NCBI GenBank assembly: GCA_965541615.1
Contig: CBEUCJ010000001.1
Location: 195,754 to 259,753, forward strand
From: an uncultured bacterium
Lineage (GTDB): Bacteria > Omnitrophota > Gorgyraeia > Duberdicusellales > CBEUCJ01
Direction: 5' to 3'
Length of the DNA: 64,000 nucleotides
Under the pieces are notes generated by a model, which saw only the letters and a program-made list of their open reading frames with translations, was not told the origin of the DNA and did no database searches. The position numbers and the translations under genes are program-made. This document shows positions 37,788 through 48,060 of this stretch, in pieces; position 1 is the first letter of the stretch, and every line of letters begins with the position of its first letter.

Positions 37788-39092
37788 ATGAAGAAGATCA
37801 GTTTTTTATTGGTTTTTTTATTTTTGATTTTTTGTACTTATTCTCAAAATAAACCAGATACAAAAAAGAAAGATTCAGAAAATGAAGTTAGAATAACTTT
37901 AAATCTCAAAGATACAGATATTAAAACTTTCTTACAAGCTATAGCTGAAGCAGCCAAAGTCAATATAATCCCAGGTCCTGAAGTAGACGCAAAAGTTACA
38001 GCTCGTTTAAAAAACATTCCTTGGAAAAAAGCTTTAAGCGTAGTCTTAAAAGCTTATGGATTTGAATTTGAAGAGATATCACCTGGAGTAATCTATGTTA
38101 CAACTTTAGAGAAGATGGCTGAGAAAAGAAAACTAGAAAGAGAACTTAAAACTCAAGAACCTTTAGTTACAAAGACCTTTTCTTTAAACTATGCTAAGGT
38201 AGATGAGATTTCAGAGCCTATAAAACAGTTATTAACTCCTAGAGGAAAGATTACTTACGATAAAAGGACTAATACTCTTATAATTACAGATACAAAGAGC
38301 AATTTAGAGAGTTTAAAGAATCTGATCAAAAATTTAGATAGAAAAACAAAACAGATTTTAATAGAAGTGAGAATAGAAGAAGCAGATGTCAATCTAACAG
38401 AAAAATTGGGTATAAATTGGTCCTTAACAAATGCTAGTATGAATTTACCTAAAGTTGAACATAAATGGCCATTTGGTGGTGGTACAAAGTTTGAAAAAAG
38501 ATATATAAAAGGTCAATGGCCTACCCCTACACTTACTCATGGAATCATAGACCTTTCTAATGTAAGTGCAATTTTAGATGCTTTAGAAACAGAAGGACAT
38601 ACAAAGTTAATAGCCCATCCTAAAGTAGTCACTTTAGAAAATGAACCTGCCAAAATAAAAGTAGTTACAGAATGGCCAATCCCTAATTATTCTTATAATT
38701 CAGAGACAGGACAATGGGAGATAACTGGTTTTGAATATAAAGACATAGGTGTAGTCTTAGAAGTTACTCCTCAAATAAATGAAGAAAATATGGTTACTCT
38801 GAAAGTTAAACCCGAAGTTACAGAAGAATCTGGTGAAAAAATAGACTTTACAGGAGGAGCTCAATTGCCTATCACTTTAAAAAGAGAAGCTGAATTAAAA
38901 GTTAGTATTAAAGATGGACAGACTTTAGTTATAGGTGGTCTTTTAAAGTCTTCTAAAAATATTACAAAAAGTAAATTTCCTTTATTAAGCAAAGTGCCTT
39001 TATTAGGATGGTTTTTTTCTCATAAATATGAGAGCAAAAAAGATGTAGACTTATTAATATTCATTACTCCCCACATATTAAAAGAATCATAA
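37788..39092 (+). CDS. pilQ: Secretin PilQ
   Basis: DKRTNTLII, QILIEVRI, GQTLVIGGL, VPLLGWFF, LLIFITPHI. Confidence 0.88.
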   Translation: MKKISFLLVFLFLIFCTYSQNKPDTKKKDSENEVRITLNLKDTDIKTFLQAIAEAAKVNIIPGPEVDAKVTARLKNIPWKKALSVVLKAYGFEFEEISPGVIYVTTLEKMAEKRKLERELKTQEPLVTKTFSLNYAKVDEISEPIKQLLTPRGKITYDKRTNTLIITDTKSNLESLKNLIKNLDRKTKQILIEVRIEEADVNLTEKLGINWSLTNASMNLPKVEHKWPFGGGTKFEKRYIKGQWPTPTLTHGIIDLSNVSAILDALETEGHTKLIAHPKVVTLENEPAKIKVVTEWPIPNYSYNSETGQWEITGFEYKDIGVVLEVTPQINEENMVTLKVKPEVTEESGEKIDFTGGAQLPITLKREAELKVSIKDGQTLVIGGLLKSSKNITKSKFPLLSKVPLLGWFFSHKYESKKDVDLLIFITPHILKES

Positions 39093-39122
39093 AAAAATTT
39101 AATTTTTAAAGTCTAAAATTCC

Positions 39123-39152
39123 TTGACAGTTTGATAAAAAGGTTTATAAAAT
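39123..39152 (+). promoter_or_regulatory. Sigma70-like promoter
   Basis: TTGACA followed by TATAAA or TAAAAT at 16-18 nt. Confidence 0.55.
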
Positions 39153-39179
39153 TAAATAATAAAATTTTAATAATTAAAT

Positions 39180-40661
39180 ATGAATATAAAAAATTTACTC
39201 TTAGAAAAAGCAGAAAAGTTTCCTTTAAAACCTTCTATTATTTTTGAAGATAAAACGATAACTTTTAAAGAATTAAAAGAAAGTGTTTTTTTATTTAGTC
39301 AATATCTTTTAAATTCAGGTATTAGAAAAGGAGATAAAGTAAGTATTTATCTTCCTAATCTGCCTGAGTACATAATCTCTTATTTAAGTATATGGAATTT
39401 AGGAGCAACAGCTGTTCCTTTAGATTTCATGTTTACTCAATCAGAATTAGAAAATATGATTTTGCATTCAGAATCAAAAATTTTAATATGCGAAGAAAAA
39501 AAAGGGATAAATTTTGAAGAATTAAAAAGAAAGACCAATTTAAAGAAAATAATATTTTTAGAAGATTTTAAAAATATAGATAAAAATTTAAAATATAAGA
39601 ACTCTGTACAAATAAATCCAGAAGATTTAGCTTTAATCTTTTATACTTCAGGAACGACAGGCGTTCCAAAAGGAGTTATGATCCCTTATGAGAATTTAGA
39701 AATCCCTCCTAAAAATGTTGATTATTTTTTGGATATAAGTGAATCTGATATTTGTCTGTGTAGTGTTCCTTTATCTCATGCAGGAGGTTGGGTGTATTTG
39801 TTATTGATGCTTTATAAAGGAGTTACAGTAATCTTAATGCAAAGATTTGAACCTTTAAAGTTTTTAAAAAATATAGAAAAGTACAAAGTAACTATTTTCT
39901 GGATAGTCCCTTCTATGTATATAGCTCTTTTAGTTTCAAAGGAAATTAAAAAAATAGATTTAAGTAGTTTAAAATACGCTGTAGTATTTGGAGCTCCTTC
40001 AAGTCCACATTTATTGAAAAAATTTCACAAATTTTGTCCTAATGCAAAACTTTTAAATGGATGGGGAATGACTGAAACATCTGCTCCTAATATAGTAACA
40101 CCTCCTTTTTCAGAGAAAATAGAAAGTGTAGGAAAACCTGTTCCTTGGATAGAGTTAAAGATTGTAGATGAAGATGGAAAAGCTTTAGGACAGAATGAAA
40201 TAGGAGAGTTGTTAATAAAGGGTAAAGGTTTGTTTAAAGGATATTATAAAAATGAAGAGTTAACAAAAGCTTCTTTTACTTGTGATGGGTTTTTTAAAAC
40301 AGGTGATTTAGCAAAGGTAGACCAAGAAGGTTTTTATTACATAGTAGGGAGAAAAAAAGAGATGATAAAAGTAGGAGGTGAGATAGTCTTTGAAAATGAG
40401 ATTGAAAAAGCAATTCTAACTCATCCTAAAGTAAAAGATGTTGCTGTAATAGGTGTTCCAGATACTTTAAGAGGAGAGGTTCCAAAAGCATTTGTAGTTT
40501 TAAAAGAAAAAAAGACTTTATCTGAATTTGAATTAAAAGAGTTCTTAAAAAGTAAATTAGCACATTTTAAAATTCCTCATTATATAGAATTCGTGACAGA
40601 ACTCCCTAAGACAAGATCAGGAAAAATAAATAAGGAACTTCTACGCAGAAAGATTCAATAA
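39180..40661 (+). CDS. Long-chain acyl-CoA synthetase (AMP-binding)
   Basis: YTSGTTGVPKG, GWGMTE, TGD, GRKKEMI, LPKTRSGKI. Confidence 0.88.
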   Translation: MNIKNLLLEKAEKFPLKPSIIFEDKTITFKELKESVFLFSQYLLNSGIRKGDKVSIYLPNLPEYIISYLSIWNLGATAVPLDFMFTQSELENMILHSESKILICEEKKGINFEELKRKTNLKKIIFLEDFKNIDKNLKYKNSVQINPEDLALIFYTSGTTGVPKGVMIPYENLEIPPKNVDYFLDISESDICLCSVPLSHAGGWVYLLLMLYKGVTVILMQRFEPLKFLKNIEKYKVTIFWIVPSMYIALLVSKEIKKIDLSSLKYAVVFGAPSSPHLLKKFHKFCPNAKLLNGWGMTETSAPNIVTPPFSEKIESVGKPVPWIELKIVDEDGKALGQNEIGELLIKGKGLFKGYYKNEELTKASFTCDGFFKTGDLAKVDQEGFYYIVGRKKEMIKVGGEIVFENEIEKAILTHPKVKDVAVIGVPDTLRGEVPKAFVVLKEKKTLSEFELKEFLKSKLAHFKIPHYIEFVTELPKTRSGKINKELLRRKIQ

Positions 40662-40667
40662 GTTTTT

Positions 40668-43028
40668 ATGGAATTAATGAGAGAAGACTTTAAGTATAAG
40701 ATAGCTAAAACTATCATTCATTTTAGGATTTACATAATATTAGGATTTAGTTTTTTAACATTCTGGTTTCTGTCTTTAGTAAAAGATATAAAATTTGAAA
40801 CTACTTTAGGAGATTTTTTACCTCAAAAGCATCCTTTTATAAAAGTCCATAATAAATTAACTTGCGTATTTGGAGGCTTAAATCAGGTGAGCATTGCTTT
40901 AAAAGTAAAAAGAGGAGATATCTTTAACAAAGATTTTTTAGAAAAGGTCATTAATATTACACAGGATCTATATTTAACAGATGGAGTAAATATCTCAAGG
41001 ATAAGATCTTTGGCTTCTAGAAATACAAAGTATGTAAGAGTTACTTCAGAAGGGTTTTTTTCAGAAAGATTGTTGAGGGTGCTACCTTCTACTCAAAAAG
41101 AGTTATCTGAATTTAAAAAGAAAGTTTTGAGTAACCCTAACATTTTAAAGATGGTTTCAAAAGATTTAAAGAGCACTTTAATTCAAGTAGATTTTAATCC
41201 AGATGTAAAGACTTCATACGTCTTTAAAGTTTTACAAGATTTAAAAAAGAAGTATGAAGATGAGAATACAAAAATCTATATAGCAGGCTTTCCTGTTTTA
41301 GAAGGTTGGATGAATTTTTATTTGCCTAAGATGGTAAGACTTCTTTTTGTGAGTATGGGAGTAATAGCTGTGATCTTATATCTTACATTTAGATCTAAAA
41401 GAGGAGTAATTCTTCCATTTTTGGATTCTTGTATGGCTACTATTTGGGGAATAGGAGTAATGAAGGTTTTAGGTTTAAAGTTAAACCCTTCTACAATTTT
41501 AGTCCCCTTTATAGTGCTCTCTTTAGGAATAAGCCATTCAGTACACACTTTAAAGAGATATTATGAAGAAATGAAAGACCCTCAAACCAAATCCAAGAGA
41601 GCAGTTATTAACACTGTAAGTAGTTTGCTTTTGCCAGGTTTAGGATGTGTATTAACAGATGGTTTTGGATTTTTGTCTTTATTGTTAGTGCCTATTCCTG
41701 CTATTAGGAGTATGGCTTTAGCTTCTGGAGTAGGGATTATAGCAAATTTTTTCACTTCTTTTATGTTCACTCCTTCTATTTTGTCTTTTTTACATAGACC
41801 TAAGATTTTAGAGATAAAGAAAGAAGAGACTCACATTTGGGTAGATAAATTCTTAAAAAAATTAAGCATATTTTCCATGAATAAGAGAGCATCAAGGTTT
41901 TTAACAATCTGTTGTATAAGTTTAATATTAATTTCTCTAACCCAGATAACTAAAATAACTGTAGGAGACAATTCAGAAGGAACTTCTTTATTGAGCCCCA
42001 ACACTCCTTACAATATCTCAGAAAAGTTCATAAATACTCATTTTGGAGGTACTAATTCCTATTACATTCTAATAAGTTCTAAAGATCAAATACTTTCTTC
42101 AAAAAATTTGAAAGAAATAGATGCTTTACAAAATTACTTATTAAAAAGAGTAAGATCTGCAGGTTCTGCAGATTCTGTAGCTAACGTTATAAAAGCTTTA
42201 AATATGATTATTTTTGGAGGCAATAAAAAACATTTTTCTATCCCTGAAGATGACAAGACTATAGCTGAGTATTGGTTTTTGTATACTATCTCAGGTTTTC
42301 CAGGAGATTTTGATCACCTAATTACCAGAGATAAAAAAATAGCAAATATAAAGATAGATTTAAAGGATCATAAAACTTCTACAGTAAATAAAATAGTTAA
42401 AGAAACTGAAAATTGGTTAAAAACCTATAAAAAATCTAAGGATTTAAATTTTGAATATGCAGGTGGAGATATAGGTATTTTATATGCAATAAATGACATA
42501 ATAAAAAAGACTTTACTTCCTAATTTTTTATTCATCCTTTTTTTGATATTTTTGTATGTAAGTTTAATCTATAGATCTCTTGTTGCAGGCACATTTTTAA
42601 TAATCCCTTTGATTTTCAGCTCTTTGATAGTATTTTGTGTATTTGGTTTTTTAAATATGAGTTTAACTACAGAGACTCTGCCTTTGGTTTCTTTAAGCTG
42701 TGGGTTAGGAATAAATTATGGGATATATATCATAGATAGATTATATCAAGAGATAAGGAATAAAAAGACTACTTATAAAAATATCTTGTATGAGACTCTC
42801 ATTACTTCAGGAAAAGCTGTATTCTTTAGTGGTTTCATAGTCTCAATAGGTGTATTTATGTGGGTATTCTCTGAGATTTTACTTCAAAGTAAGTTGGGTT
42901 TGAACCTTTGTATAAGTTTACTTTTAAATATGATAATAAGTTTAGTACTTTTGCCATATTTGGCATGGCAGATAAAACCAGCTTTTTTATTTAAGAGAAT
43001 TAAGAAAAGGATTAAAAGGAGGTGCTAA
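40668..43028 (+). CDS. MMPL/RND family transporter
   Basis: Two repeats of periplasmic domain plus TM bundle; GISHSVH, LTDGFGF, GINYGIY. Confidence 0.82.
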   Translation: MELMREDFKYKIAKTIIHFRIYIILGFSFLTFWFLSLVKDIKFETTLGDFLPQKHPFIKVHNKLTCVFGGLNQVSIALKVKRGDIFNKDFLEKVINITQDLYLTDGVNISRIRSLASRNTKYVRVTSEGFFSERLLRVLPSTQKELSEFKKKVLSNPNILKMVSKDLKSTLIQVDFNPDVKTSYVFKVLQDLKKKYEDENTKIYIAGFPVLEGWMNFYLPKMVRLLFVSMGVIAVILYLTFRSKRGVILPFLDSCMATIWGIGVMKVLGLKLNPSTILVPFIVLSLGISHSVHTLKRYYEEMKDPQTKSKRAVINTVSSLLLPGLGCVLTDGFGFLSLLLVPIPAIRSMALASGVGIIANFFTSFMFTPSILSFLHRPKILEIKKEETHIWVDKFLKKLSIFSMNKRASRFLTICCISLILISLTQITKITVGDNSEGTSLLSPNTPYNISEKFINTHFGGTNSYYILISSKDQILSSKNLKEIDALQNYLLKRVRSAGSADSVANVIKALNMIIFGGNKKHFSIPEDDKTIAEYWFLYTISGFPGDFDHLITRDKKIANIKIDLKDHKTSTVNKIVKETENWLKTYKKSKDLNFEYAGGDIGILYAINDIIKKTLLPNFLFILFLIFLYVSLIYRSLVAGTFLIIPLIFSSLIVFCVFGFLNMSLTTETLPLVSLSCGLGINYGIYIIDRLYQEIRNKKTTYKNILYETLITSGKAVFFSGFIVSIGVFMWVFSEILLQSKLGLNLCISLLLNMIISLVLLPYLAWQIKPAFLFKRIKKRIKRRC

Positions 43029-43030
43029 AG

Positions 43031-43909
43031 ATGAAAAGAGGATTACTTATTTCAATTTTATACTTAGGATTAATTTCGATAACCTTTTCACAAGATTTAG
43101 AATACCACAAGCTTTATTCTCTTACTGATGGTATGACAGCAGAGCAGATAATGAAGATAATGTACCATAACAAATATTCTTTGTTTGCTAAAGATATTAC
43201 TTTTAAAGGAGAGGTAATCTATATTGATAGTCCTACTTTTCAAAGAAAGAGAAAGTATAAAAAAAGTCGTATTATCTTAGGAAAAGATGGTTTTTCTTAT
43301 AAGGAACTCACAGTAATAACCTATCCTACAGAAGTAAAAGGTTTAGCAGTTTTGGTATGGAGTTATATATCTCCTCAGAAAGATCAACAGGTCTGGTTGT
43401 GGTTGCCTTCTTTAAAGAAAGTCAGAAAAATCTCAGCTTCACAAGATGATGATTCTTTTATGGGTTCAGATTTCACAGTAGAAGAGGTCTCTACCAGAAG
43501 ATTTGAAGATGAGACTTACAGATTAATAGGAGAAAAAGTATTCAGTGGTTATGAGTTTGATTATATGAAGAAGACTATTTTTAAAGGTAGAAGATGTTAT
43601 GTAATAGAAGCAAAACCCAAAAAAAAGAACTGGTATTATGCAAAGAGGATAGTATGGATAGATAAGGAGATTGGAGGAAATATTTATGAAGAGTATTTTG
43701 ATAAAAAAGGTAGGCTCTTTAAAAAAATATTTAGATATTGGAAATTAATAGATGTGAATGGTAAAAAGTATCCCACTCAGATAGCTTTAGAGGTAAAAGA
43801 CTTAAGGACTAATCATAAAACAATAATTTTAATGGAAGATATAAAATATGACCAAAATATAAAAGAAGAATATTTCACAGTAAAGACCTTAATGCGTCAA
43901 AGATGGTAA
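43031..43909 (+). CDS. LolA-like outer-membrane lipoprotein-sorting protein
   Basis: WLWLPSLKKVRKI, SFMGSDF; SD AGGAGGT before ATG 43031. Confidence 0.75.
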   Translation: MKRGLLISILYLGLISITFSQDLEYHKLYSLTDGMTAEQIMKIMYHNKYSLFAKDITFKGEVIYIDSPTFQRKRKYKKSRIILGKDGFSYKELTVITYPTEVKGLAVLVWSYISPQKDQQVWLWLPSLKKVRKISASQDDDSFMGSDFTVEEVSTRRFEDETYRLIGEKVFSGYEFDYMKKTIFKGRRCYVIEAKPKKKNWYYAKRIVWIDKEIGGNIYEEYFDKKGRLFKKIFRYWKLIDVNGKKYPTQIALEVKDLRTNHKTIILMEDIKYDQNIKEEYFTVKTLMRQRW

Positions 43910-43944
43910 GATATAAAAATTTTTTTAAAAAAGGAGGCTAAATT

Positions 43945-45354
43945 ATGCGTAAGATAGTAATTTTATTTATTTCTCTTTTATTAGGAAGCTTTGTATATCC
44001 TTTTGAAATTAAAAATGAAAATTTTGAATATGCAGGTTTTTTAAAAACAGAAGTTTGGCTTAAGATTAACAACGATAATCAGCATCTTTTTCTTTCTTCT
44101 TTTAAAAATACTTTTGATTTAGAAACAGAATATAAAATCTCTGAGAATTGGGTGTTTTTTACGCATTTAAGGTATTATTATGATTTTGCATATGATATAA
44201 GAAACAGAGAAAATTTTGATAGAAATCAAAGTATTTCAGGTCATACCCCACGTACACATTGGTTAAGAGATTGTTATTTGGATTTTAATTCTGATAAATT
44301 AGATTTGAGATTGGGAAAGCAACAAGTAGTTTGGGGGCAGACAGACATCCCTATTTTAGATAGAGTTATGCCTTTAGATTTAAGTTGGTGGTGGCTAAGA
44401 GATTTAGAAGAGATAAGAATCCCTCTATGGATGATAAAGGCAGAGTATTTAACATCACTTAACTCTATTTTACAAGTTTTAATAATCCCTGATTTTGAAG
44501 CTAATAGATCTGCACCAGCATATGATACTTTTTCTTTTAGGTCTGTAAATGCTTTTTATGATTTTAAAAATTTGATGAAAAGTTTGGGAGGCAATGTGAT
44601 TGTAAAAAATTATTCTGTGCCAAAAAAATTTAAAAATTCTACATTTGGTGTAAGATGGAGATCGATTATACCTGGCTTTGATTTAGAATATACTTTTAAT
44701 TATCTATATGGATATACTTATTCAGCTTATACTTATTCTGAAGGAGTCAAAAATATAAGAGGTATATTTGGTGCTTTACCCATAGCTGATTATTATTATT
44801 CAAGAAGACATAAAAGATATCAACTTTTTGGATTTTCTTTTGCTAAAAGTTTTGTTGAAGCTGGAATATTGAAAGGATTAACTTTAAAAGGAGAGTTTTG
44901 TTTTATACATAAAGAACCTGCTTACTATGGAATCTCAGGTTCTCGTAAAATTACTGAGAATACAGACAAATACAATTGGGGTTTAGCTTTAGAAAGGTAT
45001 ATTTTTACTGATTGGTTAGTAAATTTACAGTTCTTACAATTTAGAACAAAAGATTTTACAAAACAAGGCTATAAACTCTTAGATAAAGCTACTTATGGAA
45101 TACAAGACAAATATGAGAATTACTTAATACTTAAGGTTATGACAGATTTTATGCATGAAAGATTAAAACCAGAACTTTTAATAGTCTGGCAGGACGATAA
45201 CTCTGGAAGGATAGTTTCAAAAGTTAAATATGAATTAAGAGAAAATATCTGGTTAAAGTTAGGTGTAGCGCATTTTTTTGGTGAGCTCGACACTCCTAAT
45301 GGAGAGTTTAGAAATAAAGACCAGCTATTCTTTGAGGTAAAGTATACTTTTTAA
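43945..45354 (+). CDS. Outer-membrane beta-barrel (DUF1302-like)
   Basis: Signal peptide, LRLGKQQVVWG motif, C-terminal YTF; typical partner of MMPL and LolA-like genes. Confidence 0.7.
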   Translation: MRKIVILFISLLLGSFVYPFEIKNENFEYAGFLKTEVWLKINNDNQHLFLSSFKNTFDLETEYKISENWVFFTHLRYYYDFAYDIRNRENFDRNQSISGHTPRTHWLRDCYLDFNSDKLDLRLGKQQVVWGQTDIPILDRVMPLDLSWWWLRDLEEIRIPLWMIKAEYLTSLNSILQVLIIPDFEANRSAPAYDTFSFRSVNAFYDFKNLMKSLGGNVIVKNYSVPKKFKNSTFGVRWRSIIPGFDLEYTFNYLYGYTYSAYTYSEGVKNIRGIFGALPIADYYYSRRHKRYQLFGFSFAKSFVEAGILKGLTLKGEFCFIHKEPAYYGISGSRKITENTDKYNWGLALERYIFTDWLVNLQFLQFRTKDFTKQGYKLLDKATYGIQDKYENYLILKVMTDFMHERLKPELLIVWQDDNSGRIVSKVKYELRENIWLKLGVAHFFGELDTPNGEFRNKDQLFFEVKYTF

Positions 45355-45372
45355 AGTTGCAAGGTTTAAAAT

Positions 45373-45401
45373 TTGACAGGAGTTTTTTGAGATATTACAA
45401 T
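45373..45401 (+). promoter_or_regulatory. Sigma70 promoter
   Basis: TTGACA-17 nt-TACAAT, 8 nt before the ATG. Confidence 0.65.
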
Positions 45402-45409
45402 AAAATTAA

Positions 45410-46408
45410 ATGCATAGTTTTTTTAGAAGAAGTAGTTTTATATTATTTTTGTTTTTTAGTGGAGTTAGTTTTTCTCACCCTAAGACCACACGTTCCCTTA
45501 TAATTAAAAAAACTTTAGATGAATGGGAATTAAGATTAGGTTTAAAGACAGGTTACTTAGATGGAGAAATGAATTATGTGATTAAACCTGCTCCATATAA
45601 AAGTAAATTAGATTTTCCTTTAGGAAATTGGCTGTATGGAGGAGAGATTTTAATAGGTAGAAAACCTTTATATCTTGGTTTCGAGTTTTATAAAGAAATA
45701 TGGCAGACTGCTTCAGGAGATATGGAAGATAAAGACTGGGAGTGGGGGATTCTTCGTTCTTATACTAAATCAGATAGTGAAGTTAAACTGAAAATACAGA
45801 ACGTTTATCTTAAATTCTGTATTTGGGAAGGGAAAAATTTTTGGAAAGGGATTTCAGAAGATAAATATCAAAGACTTTTCTTTTTAGCAGGTTATCTTTA
45901 TGAAAGATTTAAATACAGAATATTAGGAATAAGAAATGTCTTAGCAGGAGGAAGTTCATATGAAGGAAAAGAAGTCTTAGCTTATAAAGCTGAGTATACA
46001 GTACCCTATATAGGAATAGAAGGTGAGTGTATTTATGAGATAGATAATTATTCTTTATCAAAATTTTTTAAAAATCTGGGAATATCAGGCTATATTGCAG
46101 GTTCTCCTTACACTAAAGTAAAGCAGAGAGATGATCACGTATTGAGAAATAAGTTAAGCCATGGAGATTGCGATGGATGGGCTGTTTTGGCAGGTTTAAA
46201 GATTTTTATAAAGACTAACAAAAATTGGGAGATCAATTTTGGTTTAGATTATCTTAATATAGAGACAGATGGCAAACAATCACAATACTGGTATGGAGAT
46301 GACCCTCTCAGTGCTTATGATGATACAGGCACTCATATAGATGGTATTGATTTGGAAATAAAACAGCATTATAAATTTTACTGGATGAGTTTAGTTTACA
46401 GATTCTAA
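45410..46408 (+). CDS. Omptin-family outer-membrane protease
   Basis: SKLDFPL, MEDKDW and DDHVLR catalytic-type motifs; C-terminal YRF. Confidence 0.7.
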   Translation: MHSFFRRSSFILFLFFSGVSFSHPKTTRSLIIKKTLDEWELRLGLKTGYLDGEMNYVIKPAPYKSKLDFPLGNWLYGGEILIGRKPLYLGFEFYKEIWQTASGDMEDKDWEWGILRSYTKSDSEVKLKIQNVYLKFCIWEGKNFWKGISEDKYQRLFFLAGYLYERFKYRILGIRNVLAGGSSYEGKEVLAYKAEYTVPYIGIEGECIYEIDNYSLSKFFKNLGISGYIAGSPYTKVKQRDDHVLRNKLSHGDCDGWAVLAGLKIFIKTNKNWEINFGLDYLNIETDGKQSQYWYGDDPLSAYDDTGTHIDGIDLEIKQHYKFYWMSLVYRF

Positions 46409-46417
46409 ATAATTCAT

Positions 46418-47035
46418 TTGAATTTAAATAATTTTAAACTTTGCCTTTCAATCTTAATCTTTATATTCCTCTTAAATTGTGCTTCTCAAATAGCAAACTT
46501 AGATTCTAAAGGTCAAAATATAATTTGTTTTGGTGATAGTATTACTTCAGGAGAAGGAGTAGGAATAAAAGATTCCTATCCTTCAATTTTATCTAAACTT
46601 TTGAAAAGAAAAGTAATAAATGCAGGAAGACCAGGTGATACTACCCAAACTGCTTTGAAAAGATTAGACTCAGATGTTTTAAGTAAAGACCCCTATCTGG
46701 TAATTATAGAGCTTGGAGGAAATGATTTTTTACAAAAAGTGCCTTTAGAAAAAACTCTTTCTAATATTGAAAAAATTGTAAAAAAGATTATAGAAAAAGG
46801 AGCAATAGTAGTCTTGTGTGATATAAGCTCAGGTTTTCTTTTATCTGAATATAGAAAAGGATACAAAAAAATTGCACGCAAATATAAAGCTATTTTTATA
46901 CCAGAATTATTAAAAGGGATAATAGAAAATCCTTATTTAAAATCTGATTTTATACATCCTAATAAAGAAGGTCATAAAAAAATAGCTTACCGTATCTATG
47001 AAACTTTAAAAGAATACAATTTATTTTCAAAATAA
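46418..47035 (+). CDS. SGNH/GDSL arylesterase (probable lipoprotein)
   Basis: FGDSIT, GGND, DFIHPN. Confidence 0.85.
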   Translation: MNLNNFKLCLSILIFIFLLNCASQIANLDSKGQNIICFGDSITSGEGVGIKDSYPSILSKLLKRKVINAGRPGDTTQTALKRLDSDVLSKDPYLVIIELGGNDFLQKVPLEKTLSNIEKIVKKIIEKGAIVVLCDISSGFLLSEYRKGYKKIARKYKAIFIPELLKGIIENPYLKSDFIHPNKEGHKKIAYRIYETLKEYNLFSK

Positions 47036-47039
47036 AAAT

Positions 47040-47756
47040 TTAGGGTTTATTATATTTTCTTAAAGCTTTTAAAAGATAGGAAAAATCTTTAGGTAGAGGA
47101 GCAACCAGCTTTAGGGTTTCTTTTTTAAAAGGATGAAAAAATTCTAAGCTTAAAGCATGTAAAGTTAATCTGGAAATAATTGGTTTTTCTTCTCCTTTCT
47201 TTTTGTAGTTCTTTTTTATTTGAGATAAATATATAGGTTCTTTATTTGCATAAAGAGGGTCTATAGCTAAAGGATGATTTATGTATTTTAAATGCAATCT
47301 TATTTGATGTCTTTTTCCTGTTATAGGAGTTATTTCTAAAAGTGTATAGTCTTTAAATCTTTCTAATACCTTGTATTTAGTCTCAGCAGGCTCTCCAAAT
47401 TTTGATAATTTCATCCTTAAGAAACTTTTTTTATCTTCACAAATAGGTTTCTTAATAATGCCTGTATCTTTTTCTACTCTACCTTTTACTATTCCTAAAT
47501 AGATTTTATTAACTTCTCTATTTTCAAAAGCTTTGTTTAAAAATTTATGCATGGTTTTATCCTTAGAAAATAAGATTACTCCTGAAGTATCTTTATCTAA
47601 TCGGTGAGTTACAAATAATCTTTTGTTTATTTTTTCTTCTAATATTCCTAATAGAGTCTCTTTTTTAGGGGTAAAACTGTTAGGGATCGTAGTTAATTTA
47701 GCAGGTTTATTTACACAGATTATAAATTCATCTTCATATAAGATTGGGATTTCCAT
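47040..47756 (-). CDS. RluA-family pseudouridine synthase
   Basis: VNKPA, HRLDKDTSG, TGKRHQIR, LHA. Confidence 0.9.
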   Translation of the reverse strand: MEIPILYEDEFIICVNKPAKLTTIPNSFTPKKETLLGILEEKINKRLFVTHRLDKDTSGVILFSKDKTMHKFLNKAFENREVNKIYLGIVKGRVEKDTGIIKKPICEDKKSFLRMKLSKFGEPAETKYKVLERFKDYTLLEITPITGKRHQIRLHLKYINHPLAIDPLYANKEPIYLSQIKKNYKKKGEEKPIISRLTLHALSLEFFHPFKKETLKLVAPLPKDFSYLLKALRKYNKP

Positions 47757-47764
47757 TTTTAAGA

Positions 47765-47851
47765 TGCCGGAGGAGGGATTTGAACCCTCACCCCCTTTGA
47801 AAGGGGAGCAGATTTTGAGTCTGCCGCGTCTGCCAGTTCCGCCACTCCGGC
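47765..47851 (-). tRNA. tRNA-Leu (CAA)
   Basis: Reverse complement GCCGGAGTGGCGGAACTGGCAGACGCGGCAGACT-CAA-AATCTGC, long variable arm, GGTTCAAATCC; CCA not encoded. Confidence 0.95.
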
Positions 47852-47884
47852 TTCTTAAAGATTAAGGAATCTTTTGAAGACAAG

Positions 47885-47957
47885 TGGAGCTGGAGGGACT
47901 TGAACCCTCGACCCCCAGACTGCCAGCCTGGTGCTCTCCCAGCTGAGCTACAGCCCC
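47885..47957 (-). tRNA. tRNA-Ala (GGC)
   Basis: GGGGCTGTAGCTCAGCTGGGAGAGC...CT-GGC-AG...GGTTCAAGTCC; G3:U70 pair. Confidence 0.95.
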
Positions 47958-47983
47958 ACTTTTTCTAAAAAGAACTTCTAAAA

Positions 47984-48042
47984 AGTATATATTAGCAAAA
48001 ATTTTGTGTCAAGTTGACAACAAAAAATTAAAAGAATAAAAT
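47984..48042. promoter_or_regulatory. Back-to-back divergent sigma70 promoters (tRNA operon / nfo-leuS operon)
   Basis: Palindrome TGTCAAGTTGACA; minus strand TTGACA-17-TATACT; plus strand TTGACA-17-TAAAAT. Confidence 0.75.
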
Positions 48043-48060
48043 ACTGAAATTTTAACTAAA

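Noticed and set aside
40668-43028. MMPL as hopanoid transporter HpnN linked to the HpnJ-like enzyme
   Set aside because: No squalene-hopene cyclase or other hpn genes here; its neighbours fit the LolA-like/DUF1302 module
47623-47865. 80-aa plus-strand ORF (MPEEGFEPSPP...)
   Set aside because: Antisense translation of tRNA-Leu and the rluA start
47765-47957. tRNAs as an island or prophage integration site
   Set aside because: No integrase, no duplicated tRNA 3' end seen, and housekeeping genes on both sides
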